From contig JBGPXN010000001.1 of NCBI GenBank assembly GCA_041492755.1, positions 32,001-96,000 on the forward strand: DNA of 64,000 bases, read 5' to 3'. The notes beneath the pieces are model-generated. The model saw only the letters and a list, made by a program, of their open reading frames with translations, did not search any database and was not told the origin of the DNA. Below, piece by piece: positions 42,510-51,887 of this stretch. The translations under genes and the position numbers were made by a program. The DNA comes from Candidatus Methylomirabilia bacterium (GTDB taxonomy: Bacteria > Methylomirabilota > Methylomirabilia > Rokubacteriales > CSP1-6). Within the stretch, counting starts at the first letter, position 1; the number at the start of each line of letters is the position of its first letter.

Positions 42510-42719
42510 GCCTGGACTGTCGACGAGCGACGAGCGGGAGCCGGGCGGGTGGCGCAGGGTAGACTCCCGCAGGGACGGCGGAGTGGGACCCCCGAAGCCT
42601 CTCCGCCGCTCGCAGGGCGGCGGTTTGAGGCGAGTGGGTGACGGAGCCGGCCCTGCGGGAGTCTGCCCTGCGACAGCACCCGCCCCCCTCGCGCTCATGA
42701 CGTCACGGACAATCCGGGC
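42510..42719. repeat. ~210-nt rod-like imperfect inverted repeat
   Basis: Nested arms including cgcagggtagactcccgcaggg / ccctgcgggagtctgccctgcg and ccgccgc / gcggcgg. Confidence 0.8.
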
Positions 42720-43297
42720 TACGCGGTCGAGAGTCCGATGTCGGGAGCGACAGAAGAGAGCGCGGCGACTACGAACGTGATGTGCTGGTCGAGGTCGACG
42801 CCGAGCTCGGAAGCGCCGCGATAGACGTCGTCGCGATTGACGGTCCGGGCGAACGCCCGGTCCTTGAGCTTCTTGCGGACGGACGCCGGCTCGAGCCCGG
42901 TGATGACCCGTCCCGGGCGGACGAGCGCGCAGGCGTGGACGAAGCCGGTGAGCTCGTCACAGGCGTAGAGCGCGCGGTCGAGCAGGCTCACGCGCGGCAT
43001 GCCGGAGTAGTCGGCGTGGGCCAGGATCGCGTAAATGACGTCGGCGGGCACGCCGCGGCCGGCCAGGATCTCGGCGCCCTTCAGGGGATGGTGCGGCGCG
43101 CGCGGGTGCATCTCGTAGTCGAAGTCGTGGAGCATGCCGGCGACGCCCCACCGCTCGGGGTCCTCGCCGTACTGCCGTGCGTAGGCGCGCATGGAGGCCT
43201 CGACCGCGCGCGCGTGCTTGCGGAGGCCGTCACCCTTGGTGAACTCGGTCAGGATCGCCCATGCATGGTCGCGGTCGACCATGGCGACCGTCGCCAC
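42719..43297 (-). CDS. HD-domain (HDIG-like) metal-dependent hydrolase
   Basis: RKHARAVE, GMLHDFDYE, ILAH, ACDELTG. Confidence 0.88.
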   Translation of the reverse strand: MATVAMVDRDHAWAILTEFTKGDGLRKHARAVEASMRAYARQYGEDPERWGVAGMLHDFDYEMHPRAPHHPLKGAEILAGRGVPADVIYAILAHADYSGMPRVSLLDRALYACDELTGFVHACALVRPGRVITGLEPASVRKKLKDRAFARTVNRDDVYRGASELGVDLDQHITFVVAALSSVAPDIGLSTA

Positions 43298-43298
43298 C

Positions 43299-43478
43299 TC
43301 AGGCGCGCCGAGTCTCCCGCTGGCGCCATTTGTCGATGGACTTCTTGGAGAAGACCCAGTGGCCGTTGAGCTCGAGGCAGGGGATGCGCCGTTCGGCCGC
43401 CATCACGCTCAGCGCGCGCTCGTCCATGGCCAGGTATACCGACGCTTCCTTCACGCTCATCACGTCCTTCGGGTTCAC
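43299..43478 (-). CDS. Small excisionase-like/HTH_17 DNA-binding protein, 59 aa (not in ORF track)
   Basis: [62 protein letters not shown] overlaps the cysE stop. Confidence 0.8.
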   Translation of the reverse strand: MNPKDVMSVKEASVYLAMDERALSVMAAERRIPCLELNGHWVFSKKSIDKWRQRETRRA

Positions 43479-44152
43479 TCGGTGTCCTCCTTGACCTGGT
43501 CTCGATCCACCACCTTGCGGAGCGCCTGCACCTCCGCTTCCAGCGACTGCAGCCGGTCCACCAGTTGCTCGAGGGCGCGGCTCACCGGGTCGGGCAAGTC
43601 GGTCATGTTCAGGTCGATGCCGCCCGTCACCCGCTGGCCGTCGCGGTATGTTACCCGCCCCGGCACACCGACGACAACAGAGTTGGGGGGCACGTCGCGC
43701 ACGACGACCGAGCCGGCGCCGATGCGGCTGCCGTCACCGATGGTGAGGGCGCCGATGACCTTGGCGCCCGCGCCGACGACCACGTTGTCTCCGAGGGTGG
43801 GGTGGCGCTTCTCCCGCTTGAGGCTCGTGCCTCCGAGCGTCACGCCCTGGAGCAGCGTCACGTTGTCGCCGACCTCGGCCGTCTCTCCGATCACCACGCC
43901 CATGCCGTGGTCGATGAACAGCCCGCGCCCGAGGCGCGCGGCCGGGTGGATCTCGATGCCAGTCGCGAAGCGCGAGACGTGGGACAGGAACCGGGCGAGG
44001 GTGGTCCAGCCGGCGTGCCAGCAGCGATGCGCGAGGCGGTGGAGCGCAAGGGCGTGCACGCCCGGATAGCAGCAGAGGACTTCGAACCGCGAGCGCGCGG
44101 CCGGGTCGCGCTCGAGGACGGTCTGGATGTCGGCACGGAGGGCGTCAAACAC
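43475..44152 (-). CDS. cysE: Serine O-acetyltransferase
   Basis: [33 protein letters not shown]. Confidence 0.96.
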   Translation of the reverse strand: MFDALRADIQTVLERDPAARSRFEVLCCYPGVHALALHRLAHRCWHAGWTTLARFLSHVSRFATGIEIHPAARLGRGLFIDHGMGVVIGETAEVGDNVTLLQGVTLGGTSLKREKRHPTLGDNVVVGAGAKVIGALTIGDGSRIGAGSVVVRDVPPNSVVVGVPGRVTYRDGQRVTGGIDLNMTDLPDPVSRALEQLVDRLQSLEAEVQALRKVVDRDQVKEDTE

Positions 44153-44525
44153 CGGGCGTTCTCCGGCGCAGACAATCGAGCGCCGCCGCCCGCACGGCGC
44201 CCGCCGCCACCTCTGCGGCGTGCTTGCGGTCCTCGGGCAGCCCCCCGAGCGCCTGCTCGATCGTTTCCGCTTTCACCTCGACCAGCTCCTCGACCGTCCG
44301 GCCCTGGAGCAGCTCGCTCGCGACGCTGGCGGCGGCAATGGTGGGCCCGCAGCCGTACGTCTGGAACCGGATCTCGGCCACGCGACCGTCGCGCACCCGC
44401 AGGAAGAAGCGGGCAAGATCGCCGCAACCGTCGAACTGGTCCTCCCCGATGCCATCGGCATCGCGCAGCAGCCCGGCGTTGCGGGGATGGAGGAAGTGGT
44501 CCACCAGCGTCGGGCTGTATCTCAC
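44145..44525 (-). CDS. IscU/NifU-N-like scaffold, copy 2, lacking third Cys and LPPVK
   Basis: [28 protein letters not shown]. Confidence 0.85.
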   Translation of the reverse strand: MRYSPTLVDHFLHPRNAGLLRDADGIGEDQFDGCGDLARFFLRVRDGRVAEIRFQTYGCGPTIAAASVASELLQGRTVEELVEVKAETIEQALGGLPEDRKHAAEVAAGAVRAAALDCLRRRTPGV

Positions 44526-44549
44526 GCCGCCTCGCTCACGCGCGGCGCC

Positions 44550-45707
44550 TCAGGCGGTGGCCACCGGCACGAGCTGGCGCAGCTTCCGCACGATCGGTTC
44601 CACGCATTCCACGACGTAGTCGATGTCCTCGGCGGTGGTGGAGCGCCCGAGCGAGAATCGCACGGCGCCCATCGCCCACTCGACCGGCACGCCCATCGCC
44701 ACCAGCACGTACGACGGCTCGACGCTCCCCGCCGTGCAGGCCGAGCCGGCGGACACGGCGACGCCCTTTAGATCCAGTCCGAGCACGATGGATTCCGACT
44801 CGACCCCGCGGAAGACGAGGTTGGCCGTGCCGGGCAGACGCTGGATTGGATGCCCGCTGAGGCGGACCTCCGGAACCCGGGCCCGGATCCCTTCCCACAA
44901 CCGGTCGCGCAGCGCGCTCACCCGGGTGGCTTCTTCCGCCATGTCGCAACCGCGGATCTCCACGGCCCTGCCGAAGCCGACGATGCCCGCCACGTTTTCG
45001 GTGCCGGCACGGCGGCGACGCTCGTGCTCGCCGCCGTGCTGGATGGCCGCCATGCGGGTGCCCTTGCGGATGTAGAGGCCGGCCACGCCCTTGGGCCCGT
45101 AGACCTTGTGCGCGGAGAACGAGAGCGCATCGACGCCGAGATCGTCGACGTCGATCGGCACCTTGCCGAACGTCTGCACGGCATCGACGTGGAACGGCAC
45201 GCCGCGCGCGCGGGCGAGCGCGCCGACCGCCTTCACGGGCTGGATCGTCCCCACCTCGCTGTTCGCGTGCATGATGCTGATCGCGATCGTGTCGGGGCGC
45301 AGCGCCCGCTCGACGTCGGCCGCATCGACCATGCCGGACTCGTCCACGGGCAGATAGGTCACGTCGAAGCCCTGCGCTTCGAGGGCCTGACACGTACGCA
45401 GGACCGCGTGATGCTCCACGCGCGAGGTGATCAGGTGACCGCGGCCGCGCGCCACCGCCAGTCCCTTGACCGCGAAGTTGTCGGATTCGGTGCCGCCCGA
45501 GGTGAAGACGATCTCGTCGGGCTTGACGCGTAGGAAGCGCGCGATGCGCTCGCGCGCGGTGTCCACGCCCTCGCGGGCGGCGCGGCCGAAGCCGTGAACG
45601 CTGGAGGGGTTGCCGAAAACGTCCGAGAAATACGGCAGCATCTCGGCCACGACGTCCGGGTGCACCGGGGTCGAGGCGTTGTGATCGAGGTACACACGCT
45701 GGCTCAT
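44550..45707 (-). CDS. iscS: Cysteine desulfurase (group I NifS/IscS), all catalytic motifs intact
   Basis: YLDHNAST, EHHAV, DAVQ, SAHKVYGPKG, GSACT. Confidence 0.95.
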   Translation of the reverse strand: MSQRVYLDHNASTPVHPDVVAEMLPYFSDVFGNPSSVHGFGRAAREGVDTARERIARFLRVKPDEIVFTSGGTESDNFAVKGLAVARGRGHLITSRVEHHAVLRTCQALEAQGFDVTYLPVDESGMVDAADVERALRPDTIAISIMHANSEVGTIQPVKAVGALARARGVPFHVDAVQTFGKVPIDVDDLGVDALSFSAHKVYGPKGVAGLYIRKGTRMAAIQHGGEHERRRRAGTENVAGIVGFGRAVEIRGCDMAEEATRVSALRDRLWEGIRARVPEVRLSGHPIQRLPGTANLVFRGVESESIVLGLDLKGVAVSAGSACTAGSVEPSYVLVAMGVPVEWAMGAVRFSLGRSTTAEDIDYVVECVEPIVRKLRQLVPVATA

Positions 45708-45748
45708 TTCTTGCCGTCTCCTTCCGCCGATGCTAGGCTCGGCTCGCG

Positions 45749-46075
45749 ATGAGCCTCTCCCGGAAAAAACTCGGCGTCCTTCTGTCCACCGGGCCGGAGC
45801 GGGCGGACAACGTCGCCACCACCGTCGGCCTCGGCGCCGCCACGCTCGACGCGGGCGCTGACCTCTACCTCTATCTCATCGACGACGGCGTACGCGCCCT
45901 CGCCGATCCCCGCCTGCGCGCGCTGTCCGCGCGCGGGGCCAAGCTGTTCGTGTGCGCGTACGGATGTCAGAAGCGGCGCATCCCGCTCGAGGACGCCGCC
46001 GACGTCACCTACTGCGGCCTCGTGGTGCTGACCGACCTCATCAACGCCACCGATCGCTTCATCGCCCTGAATTAA
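45749..46075 (+). CDS. DsrE/TusD-like sulfur-relay protein
   Basis: LYLIDDGV, LFVCAYGCQKRRI. Confidence 0.75.
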   Translation: MSLSRKKLGVLLSTGPERADNVATTVGLGAATLDAGADLYLYLIDDGVRALADPRLRALSARGAKLFVCAYGCQKRRIPLEDAADVTYCGLVVLTDLINATDRFIALN

Positions 46076-46080
46076 GGACA

Positions 46081-46233
46081 TGGGGGACCCCGAGATGGCC
46101 CCCCATACTCCCCCTCCGCTCGGAGGCGTCCCGGGGAAGCCGTGGCGCTCGACCGATGTCATCAGGGGCCCCGACATGGCCCCCGATTCCCCCAACGCTC
46201 GGAGCGCCCCGGCGAAGCCGTGGCGCTCCTCGA
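46081..46233 (+). repeat. REP-like element, locus 4: two tandem copies in opposite genomic orientation
   Basis: ggggccccgacatggccccc...gctcggagcgccccggcgaagccgtggcgctcctcga and a more diverged upstream copy, just after the DsrE stop. Confidence 0.85.
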
Positions 46234-46253
46234 ATGCCGTCTGAGGTCCTGCC

Positions 46254-46607
46254 GTGCCCGAGTCGCCCGTCGTCGTCGTGATTGGCTGCGATCCGCGCGA
46301 CAGCCACCGCGCCAACGAAGCCATGCGCATCGGGCTCGGGATCGTGGCCGGCGAGAACGAGGTCGTGTACGTGCTGCAGGGCGCGGCCACCCACCTGCTC
46401 GATGCCGACACCGACGACCTCGTGGACGGCGACGACATCGCGAAGTTCCGGGCTAACCTGCGCGATCTCGGCATCCCGTTCCACGTCGAGGACGCGGCCG
46501 TGCCCGACGATCCGGACTGGAACGCCGACGGCCACCCGGTCATCCGGGTGAGCCGCGAGCGCGCCGCCGAGCTCGTGGCCAGCGCGCGCCGAGTGCTGGT
46601 TTTCTGA
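46254..46607 (+). CDS. DsrF/TusC-like protein
   Basis: DPRDSHRANEAMRIGLG, VYVLQGAA, C-terminal VLVF; size and position. Confidence 0.6.
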   Translation: MPESPVVVVIGCDPRDSHRANEAMRIGLGIVAGENEVVYVLQGAATHLLDADTDDLVDGDDIAKFRANLRDLGIPFHVEDAAVPDDPDWNADGHPVIRVSRERAAELVASARRVLVF

Positions 46608-46834
46608 TGGCGAGCGCGCTCCACTTGCTCAAGGGCGCGGCCGGCGCCGAGCTCGCGGTCACCGTCATCGCGCGACAGGTAGCGGCCGGCGATCGCGTCA
46701 CCGTCGCGCTGCTGGAGGGCGCCCAGCGTCCCGAGCTGCCCGCGGGCGTCGCGGTCCACCGCGTGCCCGAGGATCTGGCATATCCACGGCTGCTGGAGCT
46801 GATCTTCGCGAGCGACCACGTCGTGACCTGGTAG
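46607..46834 (+). CDS. DsrH/TusB-like small protein
   Basis: LHLLK, LAYPRLLELIFASDHVVTW; start overlaps preceding stop. Confidence 0.6.
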   Translation: MASALHLLKGAAGAELAVTVIARQVAAGDRVTVALLEGAQRPELPAGVAVHRVPEDLAYPRLLELIFASDHVVTW

Positions 46835-46857
46835 CCGACCTGGGAGTGTCGCCCGCG

Positions 46858-47058
46858 TCACCGGTTCCGGTACTCGTCCAGCCACGCCATCTGGATCGCC
46901 TCCAGCAGCTTCTCGTTGGAGACCTTCGGATCGTCCTTGAACTCCGGCAGCTCGGTGACGAACCGATGGAGGTCGGTGAAGCGCACGGTCAGCGGATCGG
47001 TGTCGGGATGGCGCTCGGAGAGCGCGATGCCGATATCCTCCGCGTCGCGCCACGTCAT
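46858..47058 (-). CDS. iscX: Fe-S assembly protein IscX
   Basis: W.D..DI, DPLTVRFTDLH, NEKLLEAIQMAWLDE. Confidence 0.95.
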   Translation of the reverse strand: MTWRDAEDIGIALSERHPDTDPLTVRFTDLHRFVTELPEFKDDPKVSNEKLLEAIQMAWLDEYRNR

Positions 47059-47384
47059 CACCTGGGAATCTCGACGACCACGTCGCCCCGGACCACGGCC
47101 TGGCAACCGAGGCGCGAGTGGATGGTGAGCCCTTCGGCCATGTCCAGCCGATCCTCCTCGTCGGGCTGCATCTCGGACAGGTTCTCCTCCCCCTCGCGCA
47201 CCACCACGTGACACGTCGTGCAGGCGCAGGAGCCACCGCAGTTGTGCTCGAGGTGGATGTCGTTGGCGAGCGCGATGTCGAGCAGCGAGCCCGGCTGTCC
47301 GTGGTCGGCCAGCGGGTACTTCGAGTCGTCGACTTCCACCGTCTTGTTCAGCGGCAGGAACGTCACCTTGTGGACTGCCATCAT
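47058..47384 (-). CDS. fdx: ISC [2Fe-2S] ferredoxin
   Basis: EHNCGGSCACTTCHV, SRLGCQ. Confidence 0.94.
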   Translation of the reverse strand: MMAVHKVTFLPLNKTVEVDDSKYPLADHGQPGSLLDIALANDIHLEHNCGGSCACTTCHVVVREGEENLSEMQPDEEDRLDMAEGLTIHSRLGCQAVVRGDVVVEIPR

Positions 47385-49234
47385 CCTGACTCCATGATCT
47401 CGTCCGCACGCTTGCTGGCGAGCGCGCCGCGCAGGGCGGCGTCCATCATCCGTTCGGCCAGCGGCTCGGTCGCGCGGTTCAATTCCGTCGTCCGGTCCCG
47501 AATGGCGTCCCGGTCGGTGCCCGCGCGCGCGGCCGTCAGCGCGGCCGCCGCGGCTTCCACGCGGGCCCGCTCCTTCGGGCTCACCAGATCACCGGCCTGA
47601 CGCAGGGCCCGGCCGACGTGGGTGAGCACGGTCTCGGCCTCGTTGCGCACCTCGATGAGCATCCGGGCTTCGACGTCGGCCTCCGCGTACTGGAACGACT
47701 CCTCCACCATCCGCTCCACGTCGCCTTCGCTGAGGCCATAGGTCGGCTTCACCTCGATGGAGGCGGCCTTACCCGTCCGCAGCTCCTTGGCGTGGACCTG
47801 CAGGATGCCGTTGGCGTCGATCAGGAACGTCACCTCGATCTTCGGCATGCCGGCCGGCATCGGATCGATCCCGCGCAGCTCGAAGCGGGCCAGCGAGCGG
47901 TTGTCCTTGGCCAGCTCGCGCTCGCCCTGCAGCACGTGCATGTCGACCACCGTCTGCCCGTCCACCGACGTCGTGAACATCTCGCGGGCGCTGGTTGGGA
48001 TCGTGGTGTTGCGCGGGATCAGCACGCTGACGATGCCCCCGAGCGTCTCGATTCCGAGCGAGAGCGGTGTCACGTCGAGCAGGAGCATGTCGGTGATGCC
48101 GCCGGCCAGGATCTGGGCCTGCACGGCCGCCCCCAGGGCAACGACCTCGTCGGGATTGAGCTGGCTGTGCGGCGTCTTGCCGAAGAGCTCTTCCACCCGA
48201 CGGCGGACGAGCGGCACCCGTGTGGAGCCGCCCACCAGCACGACCTCGTCGATCTGGGCGGTGACGAGCCCGGCGTCGGCGAGCGCCATGCGGCAGGGGC
48301 CGAGCGTCTTCCGCACCAGCGACTCCAGGAGACGCTCGAGATCGGCCCGCGTGATCTCCCGCACGTACGTGAAGTCCTCGAACGGAATCGTGAGGGTCGT
48401 GCGCGACTCGGCGCTCAGGCGGATCTTCGCCGCTTCGGCGGCCAGACGAAGCTCCTGGATGGCTTCGCTGTCGCGCGCGAGGTCCACCGGGCGGCAGGCC
48501 AACTCGGCATGGTGGCGGGCCTGGATGTCTTCCAACAACCAGAGCGCGATGACGCGGTCGAAGTCGTCGCCGCCGAGGTGGGTATCACCGTTGGTGGCGA
48601 GCACTTCGAAAATCCCGTCCTTGATCCGGAGGATCGAGATGTCGAACGTCCCGCCCCCCAGATCGTAGACGGCCACGAGCCCTTCCTGGCGCCGGTGCAG
48701 GCCGTAGGCAAGTGACGCCGCGGTCGGCTCGTTCACGATCCGGACGACGTCGAGCCCCGCGATGCGGCCGGCATCGCGCGTGGCCTGGCGCTGGCTATCG
48801 TTGAAGTAGGCCGGCACCGTGACGACGGCCTGCTCCACCGGTTCGCCGAAGTGCGCCTCGGCCCGCTCCTTGAGCGCGCGGAGCACGATCGCCGACACTT
48901 CGGGCGGCGTGACCTGCCGGTCCCCGACGTCGATCCGCACCGTGCCCTCGGCCGGAGCCACCGTGAAGGGCAAATACCGCAGCTCGTCCTTGACGTCCTC
49001 GTAGCCACGTCCCATCAGGCGCTTGACCGAATAGACCGTCGCGCGCGGGCGGCGCACAAGCTGGCGCCGCGCCGCCTCGCCAACCAGGACGCCGTCCGGG
49101 GTGAAGGCGACCACGGACGGGAGCAGCACACGGCCGTCGGCGCCAGCGATGACGCGGGCCAGGCCGGTCGCTTGATCGAAGTAGGCGACCAGGCTGTTGG
49201 TCGTACCGAGGTCAATGCCGATGATGCGTGCCAT
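47381..49234 (-). CDS. hscA: Fe-S chaperone HscA (Hsp70)
   Basis: [32 protein letters not shown]; isc context. Confidence 0.93.
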   Translation of the reverse strand: MARIIGIDLGTTNSLVAYFDQATGLARVIAGADGRVLLPSVVAFTPDGVLVGEAARRQLVRRPRATVYSVKRLMGRGYEDVKDELRYLPFTVAPAEGTVRIDVGDRQVTPPEVSAIVLRALKERAEAHFGEPVEQAVVTVPAYFNDSQRQATRDAGRIAGLDVVRIVNEPTAASLAYGLHRRQEGLVAVYDLGGGTFDISILRIKDGIFEVLATNGDTHLGGDDFDRVIALWLLEDIQARHHAELACRPVDLARDSEAIQELRLAAEAAKIRLSAESRTTLTIPFEDFTYVREITRADLERLLESLVRKTLGPCRMALADAGLVTAQIDEVVLVGGSTRVPLVRRRVEELFGKTPHSQLNPDEVVALGAAVQAQILAGGITDMLLLDVTPLSLGIETLGGIVSVLIPRNTTIPTSAREMFTTSVDGQTVVDMHVLQGERELAKDNRSLARFELRGIDPMPAGMPKIEVTFLIDANGILQVHAKELRTGKAASIEVKPTYGLSEGDVERMVEESFQYAEADVEARMLIEVRNEAETVLTHVGRALRQAGDLVSPKERARVEAAAAALTAARAGTDRDAIRDRTTELNRATEPLAERMMDAALRGALASKRADEIMESG

Positions 49235-49805
49235 GTCCGATCGTGTCCGCATCACCGAGTGCCTCCGTGAGGTCCTCGATGACGGTTCGCAGATAGGCCC
49301 GCATGGCCAGCCCGCGCTTCAGCGCGCCCAGGACATCCGCGCGATCGGCAGGCGGCGCCGCGTCCCACGCCTCGCTCAGCGGTCCGGCCAGGCGCCGCTC
49401 TTCCTGCCGAAAGCGATCGAGCAGGCGCTCGCGCTGGCCGGCGAGGTCGGCGCGCGCGCCGTCGTCGAGGCCACCCGCCTTGGCGTCCGCGAGCGCTTCC
49501 TGGATCTCGAACATCTCGGCCAGCAGCTCGGGCGGCGCGGGCGGACGCGCAGCCGCGCCCTCGCGGGTCTCGCGTCCCTCTTCGAGACGGACGAGGTAGT
49601 CGGCGCGCGCGACGGGATCACGCAGCGTCCGGTAGGCGGCGTTCAGCCGGGCGGACGCCTCCAGCGCCTCGGCCTGCGCGTCCACCGACGCGCCGTGATG
49701 GAAGTCCGGGTGGTGCCGGCGCGACCGCTCGTAGAACTGTCCCCGCAGCGCCTCGGTATCGATCCGCAGGTGCCGTGGCAGCCCGAACACTTCGAAATGA
49801 TCCAT
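49212..49805 (-). CDS. hscB: Co-chaperone HscB (J-domain)
   Basis: DHFEVFGL, HPD, LNAAYRTL.DP..RA.Y. Confidence 0.92.
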   Translation of the reverse strand: MDHFEVFGLPRHLRIDTEALRGQFYERSRRHHPDFHHGASVDAQAEALEASARLNAAYRTLRDPVARADYLVRLEEGRETREGAAARPPAPPELLAEMFEIQEALADAKAGGLDDGARADLAGQRERLLDRFRQEERRLAGPLSEAWDAAPPADRADVLGALKRGLAMRAYLRTVIEDLTEALGDADTIGHGTHHRH

Positions 49806-49822
49806 GCCTCTCCTGTTCCCCC

Positions 49823-49855
49823 AAAATGCGAACGGGCCCTCCGTCGGGCCCGTTC
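49823..49855 (-). terminator. Hairpin between iscA and hscB (attenuator or mRNA stabiliser)
   Basis: 10-bp perfect stem gaacgggccc/gggcccgttc, followed on minus strand by GCATTTT. Confidence 0.5.
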
Positions 49856-49877
49856 TCGCTCGCGCGCTGGAACCCGG

Positions 49878-50207
49878 CTACGCCGAGAAGGACGTGCCAC
49901 AGCCGCAGGAGCTTTTCGCCTGCGGATTGACGAAGGTGAACCCTCCGGTCAGCCCCTGCTGCACGTAGTCGAGGGTGGTGCCGGCGAGGTAGAGGTAGCT
50001 CTTCTTGTCGATGACCACCTTCACCCCGTCGATCTCGAACTCCTTGTCGTGCGGCCCCATCTCGGTGTCGAACTCCAGCGAGTACGACATCCCCGAGCAG
50101 CCGCCGCCCTTGACCCCCATGCGAAGGAACACGTTGTCGCCCAGGTTCTGGGCGCTCTTGAGCTCCTTCACCTGCTTGCTCGCCGCTTCGGACAGTGTCA
50201 ACGCCAT
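49878..50207 (-). CDS. iscA: A-type Fe-S carrier
   Basis: GGGCSG, CGCGTSF. Confidence 0.95.
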   Translation of the reverse strand: MALTLSEAASKQVKELKSAQNLGDNVFLRMGVKGGGCSGMSYSLEFDTEMGPHDKEFEIDGVKVVIDKKSYLYLAGTTLDYVQQGLTGGFTFVNPQAKSSCGCGTSFSA

Positions 50208-50234
50208 GGACCCGGTCTCCTCCTTTGCGCTCGC

Positions 50235-50636
50235 TTACTTCGTGCCGGCCGCCACGCCGCTCCGGTCCTTGTAGTCGGCGAGGGCCGCCTTGATGGCATC
50301 CTCGGCCAGCACCGAGCAGTGGATCTTCACCGGCGGCAGCTTCAGCTCGTTCACGATGTCCGTGTTCTTGATCTTGGCCGCGTCGTCGACGGTCTTGCCC
50401 TTGAGCCACTCGGTGGCGAGGCTGGACGACGCGATGGCGCTCCCGCAGCCGAACGTCTTGAATTTGGCGTCCTCGATGACGCCGGTCTCGACGTTGACCT
50501 TGATCTGGAGCTTCATGACGTCGCCGCACTCCGGCGCGCCCACCAGCCCCGTGCCCACACCGGGGGCGTCCTTCGGGAACGACCCCACGTTGCGCGGGTT
50601 GTTGTAGTGATCGACGACCTTATCGCTGTACGCCAT
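50235..50636 (-). CDS. iscU: Fe-S scaffold IscU (canonical)
   Basis: GAPECGD, FGCGSAIASSS, LPPVKIHCS. Confidence 0.97.
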   Translation of the reverse strand: MAYSDKVVDHYNNPRNVGSFPKDAPGVGTGLVGAPECGDVMKLQIKVNVETGVIEDAKFKTFGCGSAIASSSLATEWLKGKTVDDAAKIKNTDIVNELKLPPVKIHCSVLAEDAIKAALADYKDRSGVAAGTK

Positions 50637-50647
50637 CGAAGCCCCCC

Positions 50648-51874
50648 TTACTCACCCTTCCACTGGATGGACTTGATATCCACGCCTTCTTTGGCCAGCT
50701 CGTAGAGCGGCGACATGTCGCGCAGCCGCTCGATCACCTCGACGGTGCGCTTGCCGACGAACTCGACCTCTTCCTCCGTGTTGAAGCGGTGCAGGCTGAA
50801 CCGGATCGACGAGTGCGCCAGCTCCGTGCTCGCCCCCAGCGCCGCGATCACGTACGAGGGCTCGAGCGTGGACGACGTGCAGGCCGAGCCGGAGCTCAGC
50901 GCCGCCTCCTTGTTGAGCCCCATCAGGACCGACTCGCCCTCCACGTAGGCGAACGAGATGTTCAGGTTCTGCGGCAGCCGGCGCTCCGGATGTCCATTGA
51001 GGAACGCCTCCTCGACCTGCGACAGAATCAAACCTTGAAGACGATCGCGCAGCTTGCTGAGCCGCGCCGCCTCTTCGACCATCGTCTCCTGGCAGATCTC
51101 AGCCGCCCGACCAAAGCCCACCACCAGCGGCACCGGCAGCGTGCCCGACCGCATCCCGCGCTCGTGGCCCCCGCCGTCGATCATCGGCGCCAGCCGCACC
51201 CGCGGCCCCTTGCGTCGCACGTAGAGCGCGCCGACGCCCTTGGGCCCATACATGAGATGCGCGGTACAGGTCAGGAGATCGATGCCCATGGCCTCCACGT
51301 CGATCGGGATCTTGCCCGCGGCCTGGGTGGCGTCGGCGTGGAAAATGACGCCCTTCTCCTTCGCGAGCTTCCCGATGGCGGCGACGTCCTGGATCGTCCC
51401 GATCTCGTTGTTGGCGAACATGATGGAAACCAGGATGGTCTTCGGCGTCAGCGCCTTGGCGATCTCGTCGACGTCCACCAGCCCGTCGGGGCGAACCGGA
51501 ACGTAGGTCACCTCGACGCCCTGGCGCTCGAGTCGCTTGCAGGTATCCAGCGTCGCGCGCTGCTCGATCGCGGTGGTGACGATGTGGTTGCCCTTCTCGC
51601 GGTACATCTCGGCCACGCCCTTGAGCGCCAGATTGATCGACTCCGTCCCGCCCGAGGTGAAGATGACCTCTTTGGGATCGCGAGCACCGATCAGCTTGGC
51701 GATCTTCGCGCGCGCGGCATCCACCGCGCCCTCCGCCTCCCACCCGAACGGGTGGTTGCGGCTGGCCGGGTGGCCAAACTTCTCGGTGAAGTAGGGCAGC
51801 ATCGCCTCCAGCACCCGCGGGTCGACCGGCGTCGTCGACTGGGCGTCCATGAAGATCGGAAACTTCACGGCCAT
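50648..51874 (-). CDS. iscS: IscS-like protein lacking the PLP lysine and stacking histidine
   Basis: IscS-like throughout (TTPVDPRV, GGGHERGMRSGT, SSGSACTS, LAHSSIRFS, MSPLYE) but EQRA and TAHLMYGPKG. Confidence 0.92.
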   Translation of the reverse strand: MAVKFPIFMDAQSTTPVDPRVLEAMLPYFTEKFGHPASRNHPFGWEAEGAVDAARAKIAKLIGARDPKEVIFTSGGTESINLALKGVAEMYREKGNHIVTTAIEQRATLDTCKRLERQGVEVTYVPVRPDGLVDVDEIAKALTPKTILVSIMFANNEIGTIQDVAAIGKLAKEKGVIFHADATQAAGKIPIDVEAMGIDLLTCTAHLMYGPKGVGALYVRRKGPRVRLAPMIDGGGHERGMRSGTLPVPLVVGFGRAAEICQETMVEEAARLSKLRDRLQGLILSQVEEAFLNGHPERRLPQNLNISFAYVEGESVLMGLNKEAALSSGSACTSSTLEPSYVIAALGASTELAHSSIRFSLHRFNTEEEVEFVGKRTVEVIERLRDMSPLYELAKEGVDIKSIQWKGE

Positions 51875-51887
51875 CGGGTCCGTCTCC

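Noticed and set aside
43299..43478. Excisionase-like gene as evidence of a prophage or integrative element
   Set aside because: No integrase, att-like repeats, tRNA or phage genes; it is coupled to housekeeping genes.
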